Positions 36,763 through 45,400 of a DNA stretch of 64,000 bases are shown here, piece after piece (the stretch's first letter is position 1; every line of letters starts with the position of its first letter). The stretch is from Saprospiraceae bacterium (lineage in GTDB: Bacteria; Bacteroidota; Bacteroidia; Chitinophagales; Saprospiraceae). A program made the translations under genes and the position numbers. Location: NCBI GenBank assembly GCA_016715245.1, contig JADKAS010000006.1:20870-84869 (forward strand). The letters are read 5' to 3'. Under the pieces are notes generated by a model. That model did no database searches and was not told the DNA's origin. It saw only the letters and a list, made by a program, of their open reading frames with translations.

Positions 36763-38130
36763 GTGTATCTCATTTTGATTTTCCTAATGTGGCTTGGCTT
36801 GGGGTGTAGTCCTAAAACAACTATTCCTCCTTCAAATAAGGTCGTTCAGCAGGCCACAAAAAATATAAAAGACACGGTTCCTGAAGAGATTGTTCAAAAA
36901 TATCCGGATACACTAGTTTGGAAAAACGTCTCCGATCAATATCCTCCAATCATATCTCCTGAAGAAATAAACATCCAAGAGAAAGTGATTCATTCCTATT
37001 CTAAAGGAGAAAAAGTATTTTTGAAAAAAAAATATTTTCTTTCATTACTGATACCATTAAAAAGTAATCAATATACCAACTCAAGTCTTGCATCCAATCG
37101 TTTTGTTCAATTTTATGCAGGAGCTTTGCTTGCCCTGGAAGATTTGGAAAGAAATAATCTGCACCTGGAAATAAACATTACGGATACAGAATACCCTGGC
37201 TTTTCCGCGCAAAAATTTATGGACTCAATAGATTATACTAAAACTGATCTAATCATTGGGCCTTTTGAAAGAGAAGACTTAAAAATTGTCACAGGAGAAG
37301 CTCTCAAAAAACAAATCACTGTAATATCTCCATGGCAAACCAGTACAAAAATAGCTAAGGAAAATGATTTTTATGTGCAACTAAAACCGAACTTAAAAGA
37401 ACATTTCATTAAAATCACTGAAAATGTTTGCAGTTTATACAATAGAGGAGAAGTAACCGTCATAACCCACAACAATCAGGAGGGAAAAGCCTGGTTCAAC
37501 TACTTCAGTGAAACCGCACAAAAAATAACAGGAAACAAAAGTTATCTGAACCACTTTACTGTTTCAGAAGATAGTTTACAATCACCAAATACCGCATTTG
37601 TAAGGATGTTTAGCAACAATCCTCCCAAAGCCGTGATACTTCCTTATTACTCGTACAATGATGAAGAAAAACTGTATTCTGTTGTCAGGAGATTAAGTGC
37701 CGATAAAGGTAAAAAAGAGGTAGTTGTGTATGGAATGCCTTTATTACATGATTCAGAACGCATTGATTATGAATATTATTCAACACTAAATGTAAGAATT
37801 GCCATTTCGGATTTTATGGATGAGTCGAAATATGAGGTTAAAAATTTTAAAAAAAGATATTATGACATGTTTGGCGAAATAGCCGGCCATGACGCTGTAA
37901 AAGGTTATGATGTCTTCATGTTTATTGGTAAAAATCTGGAGGAATATGGTTCCAAATTTCAGGAGCACATCATAAGTCAAAGACAAAATTATTTAATGTC
38001 TGATTTTGAAATACATAAATCAGTATCAGATGAAGAAAAATCCAGAGTAAATATAGATTTTGATTTTTTTGAAAATAAACAAATACAAATCATTGAATTC
38101 AGAGACTCAGGTTTTAAAGTAATTGATTAA
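36763..38130 (+). CDS. periplasmic-binding-protein (type 1)-like lipoprotein, function unknown
   Basis: GTG 36763 opens VYLILIFLMWLGLGCSPK (lipobox). LIIGPFEREDLKIVTGEALKKQITVISPWQT resembles Leu/Ile/Val-binding-type PBP1 folds. The track start 36718 would overlap guaA by 44 nt. Confidence 0.5.
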   Translation: MYLILIFLMWLGLGCSPKTTIPPSNKVVQQATKNIKDTVPEEIVQKYPDTLVWKNVSDQYPPIISPEEINIQEKVIHSYSKGEKVFLKKKYFLSLLIPLKSNQYTNSSLASNRFVQFYAGALLALEDLERNNLHLEINITDTEYPGFSAQKFMDSIDYTKTDLIIGPFEREDLKIVTGEALKKQITVISPWQTSTKIAKENDFYVQLKPNLKEHFIKITENVCSLYNRGEVTVITHNNQEGKAWFNYFSETAQKITGNKSYLNHFTVSEDSLQSPNTAFVRMFSNNPPKAVILPYYSYNDEEKLYSVVRRLSADKGKKEVVVYGMPLLHDSERIDYEYYSTLNVRIAISDFMDESKYEVKNFKKRYYDMFGEIAGHDAVKGYDVFMFIGKNLEEYGSKFQEHIISQRQNYLMSDFEIHKSVSDEEKSRVNIDFDFFENKQIQIIEFRDSGFKVID

Positions 38131-38138
38131 TTTTTAGA

Positions 38139-38774
38139 GTGGTGTTTATAACAGAAGAAAGAAAAGCAAAATTTGAAAATGTAGCGTCCAAAAGCCAGTT
38201 GGATGTCACAGTTGTACTTGAAAACATTCATGATCCACACAATATTGGGGCAATTTTGAGAACTTGTGATTGTGTGGGTATACGTGAAATTTATGTACTT
38301 TATAATGAACACAGCCGTAATGCGGAAAAACAATATATTGGATTAAACAGTGCTTCAGGTTCACTAAAATGGATTGATGTTCATTTTTTTACGGACACTT
38401 CCATTTGTATGAATGCTGTTAAAAAAAAATACAGTTTGTTGGCAGGAACATCTTTGTCAGAAAAATGCGTGTCCCTGTTTGAACTTGATTGTACAAAATC
38501 CGTGGCTTTTGTATTTGGTAACGAAAAAGATGGTATTACCCCTGATGTTTTACCTTACCTGGACACTAATTTTATCATACCTCAAAACGGAATGGTCCAG
38601 AGTTTAAATGTCTCGGTGGCTTGTGCCATAAGCCTGTTTGAAATGTCACGTCAAAGAATACAAAACGGCCAGTATAACAGAAATTATTCCGAACAAAACG
38701 AAGGTATGAAAAACATATTCAACCGTTTTGTTGACCGCCACACTGAAAGTTTAAAGAATAAATCACGATGTTAG
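38139..38774 (+). CDS. SpoU/TrmH-family RNA 2'-O-methyltransferase
   Basis: VVLENIHDPHNIGAILRTCDCVGIREIYVLY...AFVFGNEKDGITPDVL...IIPQNGMVQSLNVSVACAISLFE (the three SpoU motifs). Confidence 0.8.
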   Translation: MVFITEERKAKFENVASKSQLDVTVVLENIHDPHNIGAILRTCDCVGIREIYVLYNEHSRNAEKQYIGLNSASGSLKWIDVHFFTDTSICMNAVKKKYSLLAGTSLSEKCVSLFELDCTKSVAFVFGNEKDGITPDVLPYLDTNFIIPQNGMVQSLNVSVACAISLFEMSRQRIQNGQYNRNYSEQNEGMKNIFNRFVDRHTESLKNKSRC

Positions 38775-38828
38775 TATATTAATTACCAGTATTCATAGGA
38801 AGAATTTTTTTAATAATCTCACAGTTAG

Positions 38829-38836
38829 TATTTTTG
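38829..38836 (+). promoter_or_regulatory. Bacteroidota -7 box (TATTTTTG)
   Basis: Exact TAnnTTTG match 16 nt upstream of ATG 38852. Confidence 0.35.
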
Positions 38837-38851
38837 TATAAAATATAATAA

Positions 38852-39406
38852 ATGTATTTGGAATTAAAAGAACTGTTTGACAGCAAAGGTCAAAGTAATG
38901 AAAAAGTATTTAACAAATTGTTGGAGGCTTTAAAAAATAATGCCATCACAGAAATGGACTATCTAAAATTTAAAAAGTCCTACATGAGTTTATGTCAGTT
39001 AGGAATGGATGAAGCTATCGCCGCCAAAAGTGCTTTTGTGACGTCAGAAACCATGGGGTTTAATAAAGAAAAATTATTTACAAGTATTCATCATTATCAG
39101 AATATTTTAAAAAAGGAAAAAGAGGCTTTTGCCTATGCTTTAAAAAACCAGATAACCAACAATGTGGAATCTAAACAACTGGAAATAAAAAAATTGCATG
39201 ATAAAAAGCTTGAAAATATAGCAAAAATTGAAAAATTGAAAGATGAATTATCCTTAATGGATGAAAAAATAAAGAGTCTGGATAATGATATTAAAACTTC
39301 CAGCGAAAAAATTGAAGACACCCGACAACAATTTGTAAATTCTATTTCCATTCTTGAAGAAGAAATTGAAGAAGATTTACAATTATTTCAAAGAATCACC
39401 TCCTGA
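38852..39406 (+). CDS. hypothetical coiled-coil protein
   Basis: 184-aa ORF. The C-terminal half is heptad-like and rich in K/E/L (KQLEIKKLHDKKLENIAKIEKLKDELSLMDEKIKSLDNDIK). No family recognised. Confidence 0.5.
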   Translation: MYLELKELFDSKGQSNEKVFNKLLEALKNNAITEMDYLKFKKSYMSLCQLGMDEAIAAKSAFVTSETMGFNKEKLFTSIHHYQNILKKEKEAFAYALKNQITNNVESKQLEIKKLHDKKLENIAKIEKLKDELSLMDEKIKSLDNDIKTSSEKIEDTRQQFVNSISILEEEIEEDLQLFQRITS

Positions 39407-39420
39407 TTCATAATAATTTA

Positions 39421-39428
39421 TAATTTTG
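39421..39428 (+). promoter_or_regulatory. Bacteroidota -7 box (TAATTTTG)
   Basis: Exact TAnnTTTG match 44 nt upstream of ATG 39472. Confidence 0.35.
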
Positions 39429-39471
39429 TTATTATATACATTTATTTCTCAACTCATCAAAACAAAAAAAT

Positions 39472-39861
39472 ATGTCATCGTTTCCTGAAACTAACATAAA
39501 AACAAAAACTTTTTGGGAAAAACCCGAAGGCAAAACAGGAGCATTTTTCCTGATTGCACTGTTGGGTGGTTTGGCTTACGTACTTTTTAAGTTTAGCGCC
39601 CAAATTTTATTAATGCTGCAAAATACACTGGGTATTGTAGCTTTACTTGCTATTCTCGGCGTCATCATTTACATGGTTCTTGACCCAAAATGGCGAACTC
39701 TGGCTTCTTACTTCTATAAAAGTATCATGAGATGGATTACAGGTATTTTTGTTACCATTGATCCCATCGGAATTTTGAAAAACTATATCAGTGACCTTGA
39801 AAGCAATCTAAATAAAATGGGTGGTCAGCTGGACAATCTCAGAGGTCAGATGCGCGAATGA
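39472..39861 (+). CDS. two-TM membrane protein with the start of a PspA/IM30-like helix; ends at an in-frame TGA
   Basis: Hydrophobic spans GAFFLIALLGGLAYVLF and LGIVALLAILGVIIYMVL, then DPIGILKNYISDLESNLNKMGGQLDNLRGQMRE, then TGA 39859-39861. Confidence 0.55.
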   Translation: MSSFPETNIKTKTFWEKPEGKTGAFFLIALLGGLAYVLFKFSAQILLMLQNTLGIVALLAILGVIIYMVLDPKWRTLASYFYKSIMRWITGIFVTIDPIGILKNYISDLESNLNKMGGQLDNLRGQMRE

Positions 39862-40476
39862 TTGACAAGAGTTGATGACAATAATAAAGAAATTAAAAAG
39901 AAGCGTGTTATAGGTAAAAAAGCGAAAGAACAAAACAATGAAAAGGCGATGCTGCGTGCCAGTAGAAAGGGCGCAAGACTCGTGGAATCAAATGAAAAAT
40001 ATTCGTCATTACACTCCAAAATGTCTGTATTGTATAGAATTTTATCTAAAATGTATTCAAATTCTGAAATTCTAATAGAAGACACAAAAGATCAGGTTAA
40101 AGTAAAAGAACAGGAAAGAAAAGCCATCAGAGCCAGTCATTCTGCGATGAGATCTGCTATGAGTATCATCAAAGGTGATGCTGACAAAAGGGCTATTTTT
40201 GATCAGGCAATGGAACATATTGCTGACGATGTAGCAAATAAAGTAGGTGAAATGGAAAGATTTATGGAAATTTCTTCTGACTTTATGAGTTCCATTGATC
40301 TTCAGAATGGAGTTTTTGAAGAGCAAGGTTTAAAAATGCTGGAAGAATATGAAAAGAAATCAACTCTTTTACTTTTAGGTGGGAAAGAGCCTAAAGAAGA
40401 TGTTCTTGAACTGAAAACACCAGAGATCCTTACAAGGTCCAAGGGTGATGATTATGAAGGATTATTCAATAATTAA
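39862..40476 (+). CDS. coiled-coil protein (PspA/IM30-like), same frame as 39472-39861
   Basis: Begins at TTG immediately after the TGA and in the same frame. LTRVDDNNKEIKKK...KVKEQERKAIRASHSAMRSAMSIIKGDADKRAIFDQAMEHIADDV. The first internal ATG gives MLRASRKG. Confidence 0.5.
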   Translation: MTRVDDNNKEIKKKRVIGKKAKEQNNEKAMLRASRKGARLVESNEKYSSLHSKMSVLYRILSKMYSNSEILIEDTKDQVKVKEQERKAIRASHSAMRSAMSIIKGDADKRAIFDQAMEHIADDVANKVGEMERFMEISSDFMSSIDLQNGVFEEQGLKMLEEYEKKSTLLLLGGKEPKEDVLELKTPEILTRSKGDDYEGLFNN

Positions 40477-40484
40477 AAAAAAAA

Positions 40485-40512
40485 CCTCCGCAAATAGCGG
40501 AGGTTTTTTTTT
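40485..40512. terminator. bidirectional rho-independent terminator
   Basis: A10 run, cctccgc (40485-40491) / aaata / gcggagg (40497-40503), then T9 run. Lies between convergent genes. Confidence 0.85.
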
Positions 40513-41059
40513 ATTCAATGAAATTTAATTTTATTTCATTGTCTATGCCTTTCCCTTCAAGATAATTGAACTTTATCCTGTCCAATGAAATACCTTCTAT
40601 TTTAGCATACATTTTTATGGCGTTTATCCTATTTTTATACAGAGGATTGCGCATATACTCATTGAATACTGAAAGTAAAAGGTTTTTATTAGGAGACTCT
40701 TTTAATATCCTCACTACTAAATCCAGATTATCTGCAGCAACATCATCTATAACTGCAAAACCGCTTCGGAAAGCAATGACGTAGGAATCTGATGAAATAA
40801 TGGAATATCCACTAAATGAAGTACTTTTTGGAGTGTTTTCTACTACCGTTTCGTACTTGGGACTTTCCAGTATATACCCATCCATAAATCCGGGAAGTGG
40901 TCTGACAACTTTAACAATTTCGGCGCTGTCATCAACAATCGCCAACTGAGGTTGTGTATTCAGTAAAAGTGGAATCTCAACTTTACTTTGAGAAAGTAGT
41001 ACACCTTGAAATAAAAAAAAGATCACTACTGAAAATGAAACCAAATGATAATGTTTCAT
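40511..41059 (-). CDS. hypothetical secreted protein
   Basis: Signal-like N-terminus MKHYHLVSFSVVIFFLFQGVLLSQS. No family recognised. Confidence 0.5.
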   Translation of the reverse strand: MKHYHLVSFSVVIFFLFQGVLLSQSKVEIPLLLNTQPQLAIVDDSAEIVKVVRPLPGFMDGYILESPKYETVVENTPKSTSFSGYSIISSDSYVIAFRSGFAVIDDVAADNLDLVVRILKESPNKNLLLSVFNEYMRNPLYKNRINAIKMYAKIEGISLDRIKFNYLEGKGIDNEIKLNFIE

Positions 41060-41086
41060 AGGTAAGATTTGATTGGTTAACTAATT

Positions 41087-42022
41087 CTAATCAATCAATC
41101 CGCGTCCTTCCTTTTTGATTTTGCCTGCTTCGTTCAGATTTTCAAGCAACTTGTCAAGTACTCCATTGATAAATTCTTTACTTTTGGAGGTACTATAATC
41201 TTTGGCAACATCTACAAATTCATTCAGTGTCACTTTAGGGGGAATTGTGGTGCAAAATATTAACTCTGCGACTGCCATCTTTAATATTATCATATCAATA
41301 ATGGCCACACGTTCTGAATCCCAGTTCTTTAACACGGGTTTGATTAATTCTAGTAACACAAAATCCTCGCCAAAAGTTCTCAAAAGCAAAAATTCTCCAT
41401 AATCTTTTGTTGCTTCTTTTTCTGGATAATAGCTTTCGAAAAAATTTTCGTCAACATCCGGCAATTGTTTCAGAATTTTTTTAACCGATCCAACTACAAG
41501 GGATTTGTCTGATTCCCAGTTTGCATAATGATCTTCCACCATCTCGTTAAATAATTCCTTTCCTCTGCAAAACCTATATAATTCAAGCAAAAGCTCCAGG
41601 ATTTCGTCAGAATTTAAAGTTTTGCCTATAGCATCAGTATACGTTTCTGTTTTTGAAAATTCACTGTAAATGCTGCGAAAATGATCCTGATCTACTTTTG
41701 CATTAAACCCTACTTTTTGGTATACCTTATGGAGTTTAGTGTTTTTTGCCAAACTTCTTATCTTATCATTTTCCCATAATAACGGTAAAAAAAGTTTATC
41801 CTGCTCTGTAGGAAGATGTTTCCCTTTTCTTTTTTCATAGTCCTCAGCAGATATTTTGGCTATATTTTCGATTAAAAAAAGATTAAAAAGCAACATTTCA
41901 TAGGTTTCTTCTATTCGTTTCCAATATTCCTTGATCAACTGATCTTTTGACAACCCTTCGTCGCGGCTAATAGAATACAAAAGTTGCATTACTTTAATCC
42001 TGACGCTCCTTCTACTTAACAT
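41087..42022 (-). CDS. nusB: transcription antitermination factor NusB (long Bacteroidota form)
   Basis: MLSRRSVRIKVMQLLYS... at the N-terminus and ERVAIIDMIILKMAVAELIFCTTIPPKVTLNEFVDVAKDYSTSKSKEFINGVLDKL at the C-terminus. Confidence 0.8.
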   Translation of the reverse strand: MLSRRSVRIKVMQLLYSISRDEGLSKDQLIKEYWKRIEETYEMLLFNLFLIENIAKISAEDYEKRKGKHLPTEQDKLFLPLLWENDKIRSLAKNTKLHKVYQKVGFNAKVDQDHFRSIYSEFSKTETYTDAIGKTLNSDEILELLLELYRFCRGKELFNEMVEDHYANWESDKSLVVGSVKKILKQLPDVDENFFESYYPEKEATKDYGEFLLLRTFGEDFVLLELIKPVLKNWDSERVAIIDMIILKMAVAELIFCTTIPPKVTLNEFVDVAKDYSTSKSKEFINGVLDKLLENLNEAGKIKKEGRGLID

Positions 42023-42224
42023 ATGATTATTAACGTTGTAATAAAAGTTTTCTTAATTCGTAAGGCAAAGAAAAGAAAAATATTTTATATAATCAAAAGA
42101 TTTAATATTAATAAAGATAAAAACAGTGTTTTTTAATAAATTAATGCTTTACAACAATATTAAACCAACGATTGCACACCAAAAAAACCATTATTCCATA
42201 AAAACATGAAAGAAGAAGCAAAAT

Positions 42225-42253
42225 AAAAAAAAGGCCTGAGAAATCTCAGGCCT
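42225..42253 (-). terminator. rho-independent terminator downstream of the tRNA pair
   Basis: On the minus strand: aggcctgag / attt / ctcaggcct (+ coordinates 42232-42253), followed by a T-run (+ strand A-run 42225-42231). Confidence 0.8.
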
Positions 42254-42256
42254 TTG

Positions 42257-42331
42257 TCGGGACAGTAGGATTCGAACCTACGACCCCTTGGTCCCAAACC
42301 AAGTGCGCTAACCGGACTGCGCTATGTCCCG
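42257..42331 (-). tRNA. tRNA-Pro (UGG)
   Basis: Minus-strand read CGGGACATAGCGCAGTCCGGTTAGCGCACTTGGTTTGGGACCAAGGGGTCGTAGGTTCGAATCCTACTGTCCCGA (75 nt). Acceptor CGGGACA/TGTCCCG, anticodon loop TTTGGGA, T-loop GTTCGAATC. Confidence 0.95.
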
Positions 42332-42364
42332 ATATATTTTCCGGCAGGTGTTTATTAGGAAACG

Positions 42365-42451
42365 CGGTGGAGGGGGGATTCGAACCCCCGGTACCGTTTC
42401 CAGTACGACAGTTTAGCAAACTGTTGGTTTAAGCCACTCACCCACCCCACC
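42365..42451 (-). tRNA. tRNA-Ser (GCU)
   Basis: Minus-strand read GGTGGGGTGGGTGAGTGGCTTAAACCAACAGTTTGCTAAACTGTCGTACTGGAAACGGTACCGGGGGTTCGAATCCCCCCTCCACCG (87 nt). Anticodon stem ACAGT/ACTGT with loop TTGCTAA, and a long variable arm as expected for a class II tRNA. Confidence 0.95.
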
Positions 42452-42493
42452 GTGGATTTCTTATTAAAAAAATGCTTTTCTTCAAAAGCGATG

Positions 42494-42501
42494 CAAAGAT
42501 A
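42494..42501 (-). promoter_or_regulatory. Bacteroidota -7 box (TATCTTTG on minus strand) for the tRNA pair
   Basis: + strand caaagata, 43 nt upstream of the tRNA-Ser 5' end. Confidence 0.35.
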
Positions 42502-42764
42502 GAACAAAAATTTAATATTCAAATTTTGCGTCTACATTTTCTCATTTTTTTTTTATTTTGTTTTAAGGTTAGCCAGTTGAAACAAATTATAATAATTTGT
42601 TATTTCTAATTTATTATATGTCAATTAAATATAAATAACAAATAGTATATATGACCGTCATTTTCATTTTTAACAAAGAATTGGTATAGCTTTTGCAATG
42701 ACTTAAAATATTGAATAAACATTAGTTACAAATTATAAAAATTGTTAATATTTAAATTTTGGAG

Positions 42765-43562
42765 ATGCTGAATAAAAAATTTAAAATCGTTTTTTGCTTT
42801 TGGGCAATCATTATGACACCGGTTTTTACGTTTGCAACAAGTAAAGATGTTCTTTTTTCTTCTATGAATATTAAAGAAGCAAGACAAAAAGCCAGTCAGG
42901 AGGGTAAACTTATTTTCCTGGATTTTCATGCACAGTGGTGCAGCCCTTGTACATGGATGGAAAAGACTACCTTTACCGATGAAGGTGTTATAAAAATACT
43001 TCAGGAAGATTTTATTGCACTAAAGATTGATATTGATCATAAAGAAGGTTATGAAATTAAAAATCAATACGACGTCAAATACCTTCCTACAATTTTGATT
43101 TTTAATTCCGAAGGCATTATGGTAGAACGAATTGAAAAAACAGTAACTCCAAGAACGTTAAAGGATTTGTTGTCAAGACATAATGAACCCAACAATAAAA
43201 AAATCGTAAAACATACGATCAATTCCTCTCCTACGCAAACAAAATCTGTGACATCCGATAGTGTTCCTGATTTACCTGAAATGTCATTGACGGAAGATGA
43301 AACAAAAGAATATTTATCTGAGCCTTTGAATAAAAAAATATATAAACTTCAATTAGGAGTTTTCGGAAAATACGAACTTGCAGATGCTTTTGTTCAAAAA
43401 TTGAACAATACTTTTTTGGAACCGGTCACTGTTAAAAACGAAATGAAAAACGGTAAAATGATTTTCAGGGTCTTTTTGGGACAATTTGAAACACAGGAGG
43501 AAGCTGAAGTGTTTAAAAAACAAATTTTTGATGAAAATCAATTGGATTCTATCGTCAATTAA
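42765..43562 (+). CDS. thioredoxin-fold protein fused to a C-terminal SPOR domain
   Basis: ATG 42765 (the track start 42759 is TTG). Signal peptide. LIFLDFHAQWCSPCTWMEKTTF...VKYLPTILIFNSEG (Trx fold, CxxC = CSPC). C-terminus YKLQLGVFGKYELADAFVQKLNN...KMIFRVFLGQFETQEEAEVFKKQI (SPOR pattern). Confidence 0.7.
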   Translation: MLNKKFKIVFCFWAIIMTPVFTFATSKDVLFSSMNIKEARQKASQEGKLIFLDFHAQWCSPCTWMEKTTFTDEGVIKILQEDFIALKIDIDHKEGYEIKNQYDVKYLPTILIFNSEGIMVERIEKTVTPRTLKDLLSRHNEPNNKKIVKHTINSSPTQTKSVTSDSVPDLPEMSLTEDETKEYLSEPLNKKIYKLQLGVFGKYELADAFVQKLNNTFLEPVTVKNEMKNGKMIFRVFLGQFETQEEAEVFKKQIFDENQLDSIVN

Positions 43563-43580
43563 ACCCAAACATTCATAATT

Positions 43581-44822
43581 ATGGCTTTACGGCTGATTAC
43601 AAACATACATAGTATCTTCGGGGTTACAGATGAAAATCTTCCCCTTATGAAAGGAAAAAATATGAAGGAGGTAGGTGTTTTAAACAACGCCTATCTCCTT
43701 TTTGATAAAAAAATAATTGACTACGGTCCTATGGATCAATGTCCTCAAAATGTTCCCGATACAATTGATGCAGAAGGAGGTTCTATCCTTCCTTCATGGT
43801 GTGACAGTCACACGCATATAGTATATGCCGGCAGCCGGGAAAATGAATATGTCATGCGGTTGCAAGGAAAGACCTATGAAGAAATTGCAGCTGCCGGTGG
43901 AGGCATACTTAATTCAGCATCCAAGATGACCAATGCCGATGAAAACACTTTGTACAATGATGCATCGGAAAGATTGAACGAAGTTATTAAAACAGGAACT
44001 GGTGCTATTGAAATCAAAAGCGGTTATGGCCTTTCTTTTGAAAGCGAAGTAAAAATGCTGCGGGTTATCAAAAAACTTAAAGAAAACTCTGACGCTGAAA
44101 TAAAAGCAACTTTTTTAGGGGCCCATGCTATTCCTGCCATGTATAAACAAAACAGATCGGCTTATATCACCCTTATTACAGACACAATGATTCCTTATAT
44201 TGCCGAAAATCAACTTGCAGACTATTGTGACGTTTTCTGTGATGAAGGTTTTTTTTCCGTAAAAGAAACGGATACAATTTTGGAAATTGCTGCAAAATTT
44301 GGATTAAAAGCTAAAATTCACGCTAATGAACTTGCAAATTCAGGTGGTGTTCAGATAGGAATAAAGCACAATGCCATTTCTGTGGATCACCTGGAAAGAA
44401 TTGGGGATGATGAAATTTATGCACTCCTGCAATCAGACACGATACCTACGGCATTACCCAATGCGTCATTTTTTCTGCAGATCCCTTATAGTCCATGCCG
44501 AAAAATGATAGATGCTGGTCTGGGCGTGGCCCTTGCTTCAGATTTTAATCCGGGTTCAAGCCCCTCAGGCAACATACCTCTTCTGTTATCTATAGCTTGC
44601 AATCATATGAAACTACTTCCTGAAGAAGCATTTAATGCCGCTACCATTAATGGAGCACATGCCATGGAAGTAGCTGATCATTTAGGAAGTATAACAAAAG
44701 GTAAATCAGCAAGTTTTATATTGACAATCCCCATTCCAAACCTCAGTTACATGGTGTACCGGTTTGGTACAAATCATATTAATAAAGTTTGGTTAAAGGG
44801 AAATCTACAACAAAATTGGTAG
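43581..44822 (+). CDS. hutI: imidazolonepropionase
   Basis: SWCDSHTHIVYAGSRENEYVMRLQGKTYEEIAAAGGGILNSA...KIHANEL...VDHLE...ALASDFNPGSSP. Confidence 0.85.
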   Translation: MALRLITNIHSIFGVTDENLPLMKGKNMKEVGVLNNAYLLFDKKIIDYGPMDQCPQNVPDTIDAEGGSILPSWCDSHTHIVYAGSRENEYVMRLQGKTYEEIAAAGGGILNSASKMTNADENTLYNDASERLNEVIKTGTGAIEIKSGYGLSFESEVKMLRVIKKLKENSDAEIKATFLGAHAIPAMYKQNRSAYITLITDTMIPYIAENQLADYCDVFCDEGFFSVKETDTILEIAAKFGLKAKIHANELANSGGVQIGIKHNAISVDHLERIGDDEIYALLQSDTIPTALPNASFFLQIPYSPCRKMIDAGLGVALASDFNPGSSPSGNIPLLLSIACNHMKLLPEEAFNAATINGAHAMEVADHLGSITKGKSASFILTIPIPNLSYMVYRFGTNHINKVWLKGNLQQNW

Positions 44823-44861
44823 ATGTTGAAATTTAATCCTAATGACATTATATCATTTCTT

Positions 44862-45383
44862 TTACATTTCAGCAAAAAAACTTTTTACATGAAGAGCTTC
44901 TGAAGGTTTAATTTTACCAGCAAGAATGAGCCTGATTTCTCTTCTCCTTATGGCACTTTCATATAGTTTTTTCTCTTCATTGGTAATCGGATTTATCCCC
45001 GGAACACTTTGTGGTTTTCTTGTTTCTTTATCTATTGCTACAAATGAAAAATAAGCATGATTAGATTGCCTTGGATTTGTACCGGGCATATCAGCTGCAG
45101 AAACCTCAACATACACTTCTACTGAAGTAGTAAAAGCTCTCGTAATAGTGGCTGTCAAAGTAATTACATCACCCAATTTAATGGGTTCGTGAAATGAAAT
45201 ATGGTCCACAGAAGCGGTAACGACATGGCTCTCACAATGCCTTGAAGCACAAATCGCACTAACAATATCCATCCATCTCATAAGATATCCCCCCATCAAA
45301 TCACCCAACGGATTGGTGTCATTAGGCATAATAAGTTCAGTCATAACTGTGCGAGAATCAGAAATTAATTTATTGGCTGACAT
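44862..45383 (-). CDS. acyl-CoA thioesterase (hotdog fold)
   Basis: TELIMPNDTNPLGDLMGGYLMRWMDIVSAICASRH...VVTASVDHISFHEPIKLGDVITLTATITRAFTTSVEVYVEV. Confidence 0.8.
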   Translation of the reverse strand: MSANKLISDSRTVMTELIMPNDTNPLGDLMGGYLMRWMDIVSAICASRHCESHVVTASVDHISFHEPIKLGDVITLTATITRAFTTSVEVYVEVSAADMPGTNPRQSNHAYFSFVAIDKETRKPQSVPGINPITNEEKKLYESAIRRREIRLILAGKIKPSEALHVKSFFAEM

Positions 45384-45400
45384 AACTTTTCTTATTGAAT

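Noticed and set aside
39859-39861. The in-frame TGA as evidence for an alternative genetic code (TGA as Gly or Trp) or selenocysteine
   Set aside because: Neighbouring well-supported genes terminate at TGA (4985-4987, 7001-7003, 39404-39406). No other in-frame TGA was seen in about 45 genes, and I see no SECIS-like hairpin immediately downstream.
42687-42695. TAGCTTTTG as a -7 promoter box for the thioredoxin-SPOR gene
   Set aside because: It has three rather than two bases between TA and TTTG, so it is not an exact TAnnTTTG match. Left unannotated.
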